A stretch of 63,693 bases of DNA, filler included, from Psammoneis japonica (taxonomy: Eukaryota), in assembly GCA_008632985.1 (NCBI GenBank). It is 3 parts of 3 records of this genome, joined end to end, with 100 filler letters (N's around TTAATTAATTAA, not from the genome) between each part and the next. Parts side by side here need not be neighbours in the genome. Positions count along the whole stretch, not along the records: positions 1 to 28,450 come from QPGO01000406.1; 2 more parts are not named here. The stretch is one strand, 5' to 3'. Of this stretch, positions 1 to 12,056 are shown piece after piece; within the stretch, counting starts at the first letter, position 1; each line of letters opens with the position of its first letter. The notes under the pieces are model-generated. The model did not search any database. It was not told the DNA's origin and saw only the letters and a list, made by a program, of their open reading frames with translations. Made by a program: the position numbers and the translations under genes.

Positions 1-934
1 GTGAGGAAATGGAGCCAGAAGAAACAAGGCCTGCCCCTTGGCACACGAAGCCAAAGAAACAACAAGTGTCTTGGGGAGACGACAGAATCATTCGGTTCAA
101 CGATTTGTGCAAAGAGGTGACGAAAGACAGAGACTCAAAGGAGGGCAAGGAGTTTGAAAAGTGGCATGCGGAGATCAAGAAAAGCGAGTGCGAGAAGTCC
201 GGAGAAGCAAAGAAGAAGAAAAAGATGGCACCGACCGGCAATGCAGAGAAGGTGAAGGCAATGAACAGCCCAATGGTGGAGAGCAGCAGGGACGACAATG
301 GCAACGACGATGAGCAGGAGGAAGGCACAAAAGGCAAAACGAATGATGGAGGAGACGAGTCCGATGGAGACTTGTCCGATTGAGACGAGTCCAATGGCGA
401 CGAGTCCGATGATGATCATTGGCTTGGTTTGAGAGTGTTGCAGCAAGAAAATGTGTGCACAGTTGACACGGCACTCGGTCATTGCACTGCAGACGTAACA
501 AGGGATTGACTTGACCGATGAAATGCTTTTCTTGTTTAAAACAATGTTTGCAAAAATCAACAAACCAAGGTTTGTGCGGCAATGCAATCACGCATTGGCA
601 TGTGGCAACAAGGTGGAGGCAGAAATGGTGATGTGGATGTGGTGAAATTAGCGCACACAATTGTTGACAATTCATTGCAATGTTGGTGCACCAAACTTGC
701 AACCAGAGGTTGGCCTGACACCATGTGACAACAATGTTTTGCAATGTTTTGATGATTTGTCATCATGTGAGTCTGCCCCTTTTTACCATTTCATGCACTC
801 TGATGAGCAACACAGGCATCGAACACTGCAAGCCAGCAAGCAGGCAGAGAGGCTGTTGTTGGCAAAGAAAAATCACAGGTGTGGATGTCTTGCTTCATGG
901 GGGGATGTGGGGCACCTGCCGGCAGCTCGCAGGC

Positions 935-2052
935 ACGAAGACTGCTTTAAAAAACAAAAACATCTCACCAGATTGTGTCATCTGACTGTCCATTGCTCGC
1001 ACGACGTGAAAACTGCTTTAGAAAATGAAAACATCTCACAGGATTGTGTCATCTAACTGTCCATCGCTTGCGCATTTCACGTTGCGCAAGGTTTAGACGT
1101 GCGACGTGAAAACTGCTTTAGAAAATGAAAACATCTCACTGGATTGCGTCATCCAACTGTCCATCGCTCGCGCATTTCACGTTGCGCAAGGTTTAGATGC
1201 GCGACGTGAAAACTGCTTTAGAAAATGAAAACATCTCACTGGGTTGCGTCATCTGACTGTCCATCGCTTGTGCATTTGCACGTTGTGCAAGGTTTAGACA
1301 CGCGACGTGAAAACTGCTTTAGAAAATGAAAACATCTCACTGGATTGCGTCATTCAACTGTCCATCGCTCGTGCATTTCACGTTGCGCAAGGTTCAGATG
1401 CGCGACGTGAGAACTGCTTTAGAAAATGAAAACATCTCACTGGATTGCATCATCTGACTGTCCATCGCTCGTGCATTTCACGTTGCGCAAGGTTTAGACG
1501 CGCGACGTGAAAACTGCTTTAGAAAATGAAAACATCTCACCAGATTGCGTCATCTGACTGTCCATCGCTCATGCATTTCATGCTGCACAAGGCTTAGATG
1601 CGCGATGTGAAAACTGCTTTAGAAAATGAAAACATCTCACTGGATTGCGTCATTTGGCTGTCCATTGCTTGTGCATTTCACATTGCGCAAAGTTTGGACG
1701 CGCGACGTGAAAACTGCTTTAGAAAAATCTCACTAGATTGCGTCATCTGACTGTCCATCGCTCATGCATTTCACGTTGCGCAAGGTTTAGATGCGCGACG
1801 TGAAAACTGCTTGAGAAAATGAAAACATCTCACTAGATTGCGTCATCTGACTGTCCATCGCTCGTGCATTTGCACGTTGCGCAAGGTTTAGATGCGCGAT
1901 GTGAAAACTGCTTTAGAAAATGAAAACATCTCACCAGATTGCGTCATCTGACTGTCCATTGCTTGCGCATTTGCATGCTGAGCAAGGTTTAGATGCGCGA
2001 CGTGAAAACTGCTTTTAAAAAACAAAAACATCTCACTGGGTTGCATCATCTG
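935..2052. repeat. Tandem array, ~100-bp unit, ~10-11 copies
   Basis: Unit cgacgtgaaaactgctttagaaaatgaaaacatctcactggattgcgtcatctgactgtccatcgctcgtgcatttcacgttgcgcaaggtttagatgcg recurs at about 1002, 1102, 1202, 1303, 1403, 1503, 1603, 1703, 1796, 1896 and 1998. Confidence 0.95.
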
Positions 2053-2379
2053 AGCCTGTGGCAGGCAATCACCTTCAAATTCTATGACACGCAGGCCTCA
2101 GCGCTGTTGTGCGCACAGCTCAGTGGCAGGCACCCATGGTGCATGGGCCCTCCTGCTGGGAAATTCAGTGACGTCGTGACACATCTGTTCAACTTGCAAT
2201 GTTCGGAGATTCCCATAAAAAACCGACGGCATTCTGAGGAACGGACACGAGATTGTGCACGCACGCACGGCGCTGCAGAACACTGTAAATCGAGGATGCT
2301 GATTCCACCAGTGTGTGTGATGTGCTGTGCTGCACCCATGTTGTGCATGCGGCAGAGTGAATGATCACGCAAGACGAAC

Positions 2380-3240
2380 TTGAATTTTTTGCTGCTGCAG
2401 ACGGGACCAGCATTCATTGATGCAGATTGCGTCAGTTGCGTTCAGCGTTCAGCAACCAAACCAAAAGCCATGAAACACAAATCGGAGTTAGAGCGTCTTG
2501 CCCCATTCAACAAATCTGGAGTCGATGATCACACAGTGTTGTCCCTGAAAAACATGATGTCCGAGCGACAAACACGAGGACGCAAAACTCGATTGAATTG
2601 CGTGGAGTGGTTGTCTGCCAGCGGTGAAGACAAACATCCAAGCAAGCCAACCATTTTCATCCGTCAAGGCCCAGCACCGCGGTGGCACTCAACCGCTGCA
2701 TCCCACTTCCTCTGGCATTTTAAGATTGGAGGAGACAATTGGAAATCAAGCAAAGTTGCTGATTGGATTGCGGATGAAGGTGAGGTGGGTGATGGATGCT
2801 TTGCACCCCACCTGTGCGAGTGCTTCCTGAGTGAACATTTGCACAGCGACCGCAGGCCCAGCATCCTCCCATTGTTGTTGAGGGCCAAGGAAAATGCTGC
2901 AAGAAAAGCAATTGCCTTTGTCAACGTAAAGAAGGGGCAATGTGTCGCTCATTTCGACAGTGACAGCTCCCTCCTTGTTGTGCCAAAAGGCAAAAAGATG
3001 GCAAAGATTCTCAAACGGTCCATCAGCGAGTCCTGCAGCTCACAAAGGGGGTCTGAGCATCGCTCAAGGTTCGACTGCACAGACCCATGGAACTTGCCTC
3101 CAGGGAGACATGAGGGCGAGTGGGCCACAGCGGTGTTGGACGCAGGGAATGCATTGTTCATCCCCCAGCATTGTTTGCATGCAGCAAAGAGTGAAGATGG
3201 CACAGTTGCCATCTCCTTTCAAGTTGAGTTTGCTCCATGA
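2380..3240 (+). pseudogene. JmjC/cupin-like 2OG-Fe(II) oxygenase relic (TpA-mutated)
   Basis: HxD motif in 'AHFDSDSSLLVVPKGKK'. The distal His strand 'VLDAGNALFIPQHCLHAAKS...VAISF' fits the JmjC pattern L.PGD.LYIP..W.H.V.S. No Tyr in 286 aa. Confidence 0.65.
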
Positions 3241-5299
3241 GACAACAACCCAAGTGATTGATTTGGTTGCTTTCCAGTGTAGCTGAGCGTTCATTGTCAG
3301 CAGAGAAATTAAATTAAGAAACAAAATTGGCTCACTTTGGCATGGAGACGGCAGTGCAAAGCCACACCAAAATCTTGGGTTGGCCCTGCATGTGCCAGCT
3401 TTAGTTGACTTCCTGCTGCACTTGCACACATTGCCCCAGCCTCCACTCTAGGCCCTGCTCCAGCAGAGTGGTGGCCAGCTGGAGCAGCTGCTCCAGAGCC
3501 AGAGAGCAGCTAGAGTGGCTCTCTACTCTCTCAAGAGCAAGAGCACAGCACGGCAGTGGAGAGCAGCTGCTGCTGCTCTCTCAGCCACTCTCTGCTGCAG
3601 CACTGCGTAGGAGCAAGGCAGTCTCCCCTGGCTGCTGTGCCGGTGCCCGCAAGAAGAAATCCAGTGTGCGACGACAGCACACTGTGTTCTGTCCATCGTC
3701 AGACCGGAGCGAGACAGAAGTGACGCAGAGAGTCCAGGAGGCTGACACCGTGCCTTGACACCTTCGAACCTGGTGTCATGTCACGAGGCTCTCTGTCCAC
3801 TCACAACATGCCCACGTTGCAAGTGTCAAACATCAAAACGCCATCAAGCATCAACTGTGCCATGAGAATCAACTCATCTTCTGGCAGCGACAACGACAAC
3901 GCAGCGCATCTAGAATGTCGACTGAGAGGAGTGCAAACGCCAACATCCAAAGAGTGTCATGTTGGTGTCCATTCATCCAACAACAAGGGAGTGGTGTGCT
4001 GCAAGAGAACAATTGAAGCAACCACTGGTTTTCCCAGGGTTCCATCAGAGGACAGCATCGTGGATGATGAATTGAGTCCAGATGAACATCCACCTGACCC
4101 TGACCACCCGAGCCAACATTTCTCACATGAGAGCTCAGCCGACGCTCAAAGACATCAATTTCTGTCGGGGCCCATTTGTCAACGCATTGTCCATGAATGG
4201 GAAATGATGGGGCATGAAATCAAACTGCACAACAAAGTGCACGAAGAAATGCGCAAGCTGTTGGTTGGTGAACGGCGAAATCCAGCAGAGGTTGCCGTTT
4301 TAGATGAGGATGAAATGGAGGATGGATGCGGACACGCAGAAGAAGACATGCCAACATTTGCATGTCAGGCAATCCGCACCAAACAAGTTTGCTTTTCCGT
4401 GGATACATTGATCCGTGAAACTGCCCTTTGTCCGCACTTTCACGACAGTCATTTTCCCGAAATCAGCCCTGAAAAATGACTGCAATGCCAGTGCTGGTGT
4501 CACCGCTTGCTGCGCGCCGATTCCAAGCATGAAAGCCATCGGCTCAAGCATTGCAAGATGAGGAGGGATGCTCTAAACTTGCATTTGTAGGTGTGTTTTA
4601 CAGCAGCTCATTCTTTTGCAGTCAGCTTCAAAAACAAGCATCTGGTTTCATCAGCTGTTCCTTTGGTTGCGCCAGAATGTCGCAGGAAATGATGACCCTC
4701 CACTCTGGGCCTGGCAAATGAAAATGCAACCCCTTCCCCTGGATTTGACATCACAAATCCTGCGCACAGCTGGTTTCGTGTTGGGATGTTGTGGCAGCGA
4801 TGGTGGCTTTCCCAAGGCACTTTTTTCACTGTGCCCGGGATGGGCTTGGTTGACTAGAGCAACAGCCCTTGGGTTCACAACCTCGGCCATGGTGGCCATG
4901 GTGTGCCGGCACTGTTGGAGAGCAAGTGCGTGCCACCGACAGCTCGCTTTGTGCAGTTTTTGGCACAAAATCCACAACAACGGAAATGCAGTGTTCGCGG
5001 CCTCATTGGTCGGTGTTCTGAATGACGCAATCATGTGATGTGATTGGCTGTGAGGTGTGTCCAATCTCCATCTTTAATGCAGCAATGCACAACAATGATT
5101 GGAAACAAAAGCAGACGAGGTTCGCGGCCATCATGTGCTGCACAGGTGCATTCTGCACAAATGTCCACTGCTGCTCGTGAGTCGGTGTTCGGGAATGACG
5201 TCAATCGTGCGATGTGATTGGCTGGGAGGTGTGTCCCCTCCCATGCACACATTGGTGCCTGGAAACAAACATGTCAACAGGCTCTTGCACGGTGAAGGG

Positions 5300-7214
5300 A
5301 TGGTGCTCGCTCCATGGCGAGGTGCCACCGGCATTCAGACACCATTGTCTCAAAAAGCACAACAAGACAGAGTCATGCCCCCATTGGATTTCAAGATTGC
5401 GGATGGAAAAATGATGACTCAGGAGGTTGTTGGCTCTGTCCATGAACGGCATGGTTTGTCATCCAACGTCTTGTGCTTGGGCATGTCACACGCCTGTGTC
5501 AAGGAGCAATTGGCGGCCAGGGGTGTGTCGTGGTCTGCCATTGACATCAAGGAAGCCGGCTTGGAACAAACTGTGGAGCTGGTTTGTCGCAATGTGTTGA
5601 CAGAAATTGACGGTCGTGACTTGGCTCGGTGTCAGTCGATGGAGATCTTTGGGATGGAGGCTCGCAAGGTCTCTCTGGAAAGCGGAGCGTGCTGTGCCAA
5701 AAATCATTTGAGCGCAAATTTCAACAGAGTTTTCCTTTCTGAATAAGATCAACAAAAATTGGAGCAAGATGACTTTTCGGCAAATCATTCTGGACTGCTT
5801 TTGGATTCCTCAAGGGACTTCGGCCATGGCACACTGGCAGCGCTCATTCTTTCATGTGGCATTGCCAGGGTTTGTGCAGAGAGGGCTGTTGGAGTTTGCC
5901 TCGGCAACTCACGACAGCAATGGATTGGGAATTGGAAATGTCTGTCTGCCTTTTTGCTGTCATTGTGTCAAGCACATTGTCTCAGGTTTGAAGGTTCTTT
6001 CCAAGCACCACACGATTTTGTTTGCACGCAAATCAGAACTCGGAGAACATGCGCTCTGGGCTGGCACATCCAAGATTTGCCCAAACACCATGCAAGAAGT
6101 GCTCAGGAAGAAGTTGAGCCAGGAAGAAGTGCACTGCACATTTGCATCCAAAGATGTGAAGGGGGCCATTGAAGATGAGCATGTTGCAAAGGAGGAAGTC
6201 GTTCGTGTGCTAGAGTGTGTCGAAGACTTTGCCAATGTGAGAATGATTCGATTGAGGCCATTGCCGATTCACAGTGCAAAGCGCGGCAAGCAAAAGGTCT
6301 CAGGAAAGGTGTTTGGGATAAATGTTGGGGGATTTGAGGGTCTTAAACCGGCCAAAGAAGTCAAGCACGGGTGTCATGATGCCTGCAAATCAGACGAGTC
6401 ATTGACGGAGTCATTGACGGCTGCAACAGCTTCTCACAAGGTGTCTGATCAAGAATCTTTGGTTGGCGCATCTCCTGAGGTTTCTGATCAAGAATCTTGG
6501 ATCGACGTGTCCGATGAGAACTCTCCAAGTGGAGCGCATGGACCGCACGATAAATGCACTTCACCCAAAAAGGCGGGTCGACCTCCGAAGAAACGAAATG
6601 TTGCATTTTCGCCCATGAGGGGTTTCAAAACAACTTTGCCCTACTTTCCAGTGTGCATGATTCCATTGAAGGCATTGGCGATTCACAATCCAAAGCCCGG
6701 CAAGCACAAGGTGTCAGGCAAGGTGTTTGGGACAAATGTTGGGAGTTTTGAGGGTCTCAAGCCGGCCAAAGAAGTCAAGGACGCGTGCCATGATGCCAGC
6801 AAATCAGACAAGTCATTGACGGCTGCAACAGCTTCTCCTGAGGTGTCTGATCAAGAATCTTTGGTTGACACATCTCCTGAGGTTTCTGATCAAGAATCTT
6901 GGATCGGTGTGTCCAAATGCTCTGCACCCATCTCTGTTCGCATGTCTTTGGGTGATGACTGGCGCATGACGGAGGACAACATGACGAACATCACCACTCC
7001 CAGCATGCGGATCAGGGATGCCTTCAATGAGAACTGTCCAAGCGGAGCGCATGGGCCGCACAATGGATGCATTTCACCAAAAAAGGCAGGTCCACCTCAG
7101 GAGAAAAGAAGGGTTCCATTGTTGCCCATTCACAGTTTCAAAACAAATTTGGTCTGCCCTGGATGGCAAACCTGTCATGTGATCTGCAGCAGCAGCGGGA
7201 GTCGAAATGGCTGA
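5300..7214 (+). pseudogene. Decayed gene with possible Rossmann methyltransferase-like N-terminal domain and internally duplicated low-complexity C-terminus
   Basis: ORFs 5099-5746 and 5769-7214 join across a stop/frameshift. Motifs VLCLGMS, FRQIILD(C/Y)FW and GNV(C/Y)LPF. Segment ~6290-6620 is repeated at ~6710-7145. Confidence 0.35.
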
Positions 7215-7310
7215 AACTGTGGCACGTGATTGGCAAATTGGCAACAGCTTCATGATTCAGCAGGTGCTCTTTCTGTGTCAACTGCATGAGAAGCAATTGC
7301 GCGCATCTTC

Positions 7311-7413
7311 GTGCGATTTACACCGACGCAGAGAATGCTAAAAAAGTCTGATCACTCCCAAATTGGGAGCGATTAGATTTTTTTAGCTGTCTCTGCATCT
7401 GTGTAAATCGCAC
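7311..7413. repeat. 103-bp near-perfect palindrome (51-bp arms, 1-nt loop)
   Basis: Left arm 7311-7361 matches the reverse complement of 7363-7413 at 44 of 51 positions. Confidence 0.95.
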
Positions 7414-8329
7414 AAAACATGTGCCCTCATTCATGTGCACAGCACTGCTGCGGTGTGCAGACAGACTTTGCCACCAGCTACGTCACCTTTTGCCTGCCAC
7501 ATGCGTCATCCAGTCTGTTGAGATCTGTCAAAGCGAATCTACAAAATCTCATGTTCTTTGTGGCATGTTCAATGAACAGAAACCCCATGATTCCGTTGAT
7601 GCAGATTTTGCACCAGAACCCACACATTCGAGCGACTTCGACCGCAAATGTTGCTGTTCTCCTGCACAACAACAAAAAAAAAACAGCCATGGCAAGCGAA
7701 GACGAACATCCTGTGGTCACAATGGCCAAGGCTGTTAAAAGCAATTGCTTTCCGACTGAAGAGAAGCGCTGTCGCGACAAGTGGATCGAGTTCCTGTCAG
7801 AAGCCGGCCTTGCAGAACAATGCCTGTCTTGGTCCAATGGTTCCACGAAAAAAAAGAAAGGGTGCAGGTGCATGAAAAGAGCCTTCCATCCTGTGATCTC
7901 TCCTGAGAGCAACTCTCCAGGAGCCCCGCCCAAAAGTTTTTGGATTTGTTGTTTTCGAATGCTTCGGTGCTTTCTTCTGACAATGGAATGCTTTCAACAA
8001 TCGTCCCTCTGATCGAAAAGGGAAAACATGGTCTTTTTCTCAAAGCAAAACTGCTGGCACAAGCCGGCGTGTTCTCCTCAACAGGAAAAAACAACTGCAG
8101 CGCAAAGTGCATGTGGATTTGTCTCCCAGGCACCGAGGATGTCGTTGTTTGCCAAAATGCATTCTGCCACACATTCAACCTCAGAAGGTCATGGTGGCAA
8201 AAAAACAAGGGATTCGGCCATGGCTCAAGCTCCTGCAGCTTCTGCTGATGCCAGGGTTCTTGTTGCCGGGGCTCTTGCAGCTCCAACTCAAGCCAGCAAG
8301 CGGAGATGGTGGGAGGCAGTGACTCTCAT

Positions 8330-9600
8330 GACTCAAGCCCCTGCTCTGACCCCTGTTCCGACTCTAGCTGCTGTTCCTGAATTTACCACCAAAGCTTTTG
8401 CTTCCACCGGGGCGGAAGATGGAGTTGCAGCTGTGGCCCCGGCTCAAGCTCCCATGACTCAAGCACCTGCTCCAACTCCAGCCACTGTTGCTGAAGCTGC
8501 AACTGCAGCTGCTGCCACTGAAGCTGCTTTTACTTCTGCCGGAGCTGCTGCAGCTCCAAATGCAATGATGCAAGATGGAATTGCAGCTGCGGCCCCGGCT
8601 CAAGCTCCCACAACTCAAGCACCTGCTCCAACTCTAGCTGCTGTTGCTGAAGCTGCAACTGCAGCTGCTGCCACTGAAGCTGCCACCGACACTTTTACTT
8701 CCGCCGGAGCTGCCACAGCTCCAAATGCAATGATGGAAGATGGACTTGCAGCTGCGGCCCCGGCTCAAGCTCCCACAACTCAAGCACCTGCTCCAACTCT
8801 AGCTGCTGTTGCTGAAGCTGCAACTGACGGGCTCCAGTCCCAGGTGGGACTTTTTGTGACATTTGCCCCGTGGAATTCTGCGTGCAAGCTCTGTGGTTCG
8901 CACTCTGGCCAATGGACATGTTCATCTTCAACATAAAATGAACGGCCAAGTTTGCAGTGCATGTGTCTCTGTCCGCACTCGAAGTTTTGGACAATGCGCC
9001 TGCCCCACTCCATTCTTAAGACACTTGAGAATGGCGCAGAAGAAAAAACATTAAAAGTTGTTGAATGGATCGCCTGACAATTGCACCATAAAATGATGCA
9101 AAATTTCGCCAAAATCACATGGAAATGTACATGCGCGACACACGACGCGAATCAAAAAACTGTCGATGTCACAGTTCAGCAGTGCAAGGTCCCACCTAGA
9201 CCTGGAATGCGTCAACTGTGGCAACTGCCACTGAAGCTGCCACCGACGCTTTTGCTTCTGCCGGAGCCACCACAGCTCTAAATGCAACGACGGAAGATGG
9301 AATTGCAGCTGCAGCCCCGGCTCAAGCTCCCACAACTCAAGCTCCCACAACTCAAGCACCTGCTCCAACTCCAGCTGCTGTTGCTGAAGCTGCAACTGTG
9401 GCCACTGCCACCGAAGCTGCCACCGACACTTTTGCTTCTGCCGGAGCTGCCACAGCTCCAAACGCAACGACGGAAGATGGAATTGCAGCTGCGGCCCCGG
9501 CTCAAGCTCCCACAACTCAAGCCCCTGCTCCAACTCTAGCCACTGCCACTGAAGCTTTCACCAACGCTTTTGCTTCCGCCGGCCCGGCTGAAGCTCCTGC
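8330..9600 (+). repeat. Coding tandem repeats (Ala/Thr/Pro-rich), interrupted by MITE copy 1
   Basis: Repeated 'EDGIAAAAPAQAPTTQAPAPTLAAVAEAATAAAATEAA' units lie on both sides of the 8827-9212 insertion. Confidence 0.85.
8827..9212 (+). mobile_element. MITE-like non-autonomous DNA transposon, copy 1
   Basis: Imperfect TIRs ACGGG(C/T)TCCAGTCC..GGTGGGAC / GTCCCACCTAGACCTGGAA.GCGT. 6-bp TSD caactg at 8821-8826 and 9213-9218. Three other copies occur in the window. Confidence 0.9.
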
Positions 9601-10225
9601 AGCTTTTACAGATGCCGCTTCTGATCCACTGTGGAAAGCTCACAATCCTCAGCCTTGCTCTAAAATGGGTGGTGCGCCCATTCTTTTAGATGGAGTTAAG
9701 TGGGAAGAACTGGAGCAAAAAGGAGAGCTCCAACCCCTTCCATCACCTCCTCCAATGCTTGAATTGCAAATGCCAGCAAGCTGCAGCTGGACTTGTGATG
9801 CGACTCGTCACGTTGTGTGTGACAAATTTGGCTCCAAAGAACCGCNNNNNNNNNNNNNNNNNNNNNNNNNNNNNNNNNNNNNNNNNNNNNNNNNNNNNNN
9901 NNNNNNNNNNNNNNNNNNNNNNNNNNNNNNATCCCCTGTCAGTGGTGGAAACTTGGGATCGCAGGTTTGGGAAGGACGGAGTCCAAAGAAGATCAGTCGT
10001 TGCTCTGGTGGATCCTCCAAAATTCAGGAAAAAGTGAGAAAACGAAAGCGTTCACGACGATCAAAAAGTTGCAATGAGGTCACTGAGCTGCAAAAATTGT
10101 CACGGGAATGGACATGTCCGCGCTCTACAACAACGAATGTGACGGAAGACCTTTGGGTTGACCCTTCCTCTGTGGCTGCAGGAGCCTTTTCGAAAAGTCC
10201 AAGCAAGTGTTGATTGCCAAAGCGA

Positions 10226-10395
10226 GTTCTCACGGCAACCCAGGAAAATCAGGACGGGTCGTTGTCAGAGCACCAGTTGGCATTGACGGTCGAACCCTCT
10301 TTCATTGCTGGTTCTCACGGCAACCCAGGAAAATCAGGACGGGTCGTTGTCAGAGCACCAGTTGGCATTGACGGTCGAACCCTCTTTCATTGCTG
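10226..10395. repeat. Exact 85-bp tandem duplication
   Basis: 10226-10310 is identical to 10311-10395, and the duplication shifts the reading frame. Confidence 0.9.
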
Positions 10396-11732
10396 GTGCC
10401 GGCTGTGGCTTGTTTGTGACCTGCGCCGGGCCGCTTCAGTTGTGGCGTGCCCCAGGGCATGTTGACCTTGGGAAGTGTGGCCCACATCATGCTGAGGACA
10501 TCAAGAATCAAGTGACGATGGAGATGAAGAGTTTTGTTTTCGAGAACAAACCCAGTGAGTGGAGCTTCGAAGGTCCTCCCAGCTGCAAAGGCAAACCTGA
10601 GTGTAACTTGCATGGCAAGAGTGTGGATTCCAATGTCATGTTTGACACAACATGTGACGAGACGGGCCTCGCACATGAGATGGCGTCAAAAACTCTTCTT
10701 CCATTTGCGAATGAGATCGACAAACCTGCAGACGGAACAGACAGAACAAGTTCAAACAGGTCAAAAGGAAAAACAGGTGGGCCATTCAGTCAGCGGCTTG
10801 ACATTCAAAATGTTGAAGCTCTGCACCACGACAACGGCAGTGTGCATTGTCTTCTTCGCAAAGGGGCAACGCTGCTTGAAGGTGAAAAAACAGAACTCCT
10901 TGTTTGCTGTGGGAACGAGTGTGATGCTGTGCGGAAAATCAAGTGCTCTGTCTGCGGCAACAATGCTCTTGTCAGGCCTGGGAATTCCTTTGTAATCGCA
11001 GGGAACAGCAGTCGCAATGAAGACGGAATTGAAAACAAAGATTTGTCGTCATTGTCTTGTGAGATCACTGATGACAGTGGCGGTCTGCCAGAAGGACGTG
11101 GGTGTGTCCCTCAGCTTTGTTTGAAATGTCGAAGATGCGTGCCTGTCCGCAAGGCTTTAACAAATGAAAGGAGCGGCATGTCCTGTCAAACCATGCATCT
11201 CATCATTTCTGGGTGTCGTGAGGCAGAACTTCACACTGTTCTTGATTTTCTTGTTGGAACCCCCCCACTGCCAGCGTTTTCACAATGGAGAATGATCTGG
11301 GCGGCTCGGTGTGTTCAGTCCTGCACTGCCCAAGTGTGTTGCCGATCGACGAAAGATGGAGTTCCTTTTGAAATCGCAGAAAAGATTCGCAAGGTTTTGC
11401 AGCTCTTCCCTCGAGGACATGGCAGTCAGCATCACACCCAAGACACAGAGGTCAATGATGCTCACAGACTGCTGGGACACTGGATTCGCCTGGACGTTGG
11501 AGAAAACGGAACTCACTCCGGCATGGTGGAAGAAATCGTTTCCTCGCCAACTGCCGCTGCCATCGGAAGGATTCCACATGGATGCGGTGGTGAGCCATCG
11601 CAGTGTCAGCTGGCTAACTTGAGATGTTGGATCTCGTTCCGTGACCTGGACGATGCAGACAGAATCCTCAGTGAGCAAGAGGTTTGTGACAATTTGTTGA
11701 ACAACGTAGACAAGTTTTTCCTTCCGTTCTGA
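10305..11732 (+). pseudogene. SET-domain-like protein relic with possible C-terminal Tudor-like barrel; probably the 3' part of a long gene starting near 7689
   Basis: GAG(C)GLFVT matches SET motif I GAGYGLF. Also 'LLPFANE', and 'ELLV(CC)GNE(C)' matches the SET terminal ELxxxYG..Y once Tyr is restored. Confidence 0.6.
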
Positions 11733-12056
11733 ATTGCCCGAATGTTTGACGTTGGGGGGACTCATGACAATTGGTGCTCCTGGCACATGCAAGGTTGCTG
11801 GCTGTTTCCACAACATGCATCATTTGCACAATGCACGAATCAGTTGCAGCACATGCCAAGGCAAATTTTGAGGCAGGTTGCTCTTTAAACTGAAATGCTT
11901 CAAGTGATCCTTTTCCCATTTTGCATCTGCTTTCATCATCTCCGAGCACCAGTGGTTTGGCATGGGAGTCCACTGTCGGTTTTTGTGAGGTTTGGTCCTC
12001 GTTTTGGTCCTCATTTTCATTCCCACAATGACAACATGGTCCAGAAAGGTTTGGAG

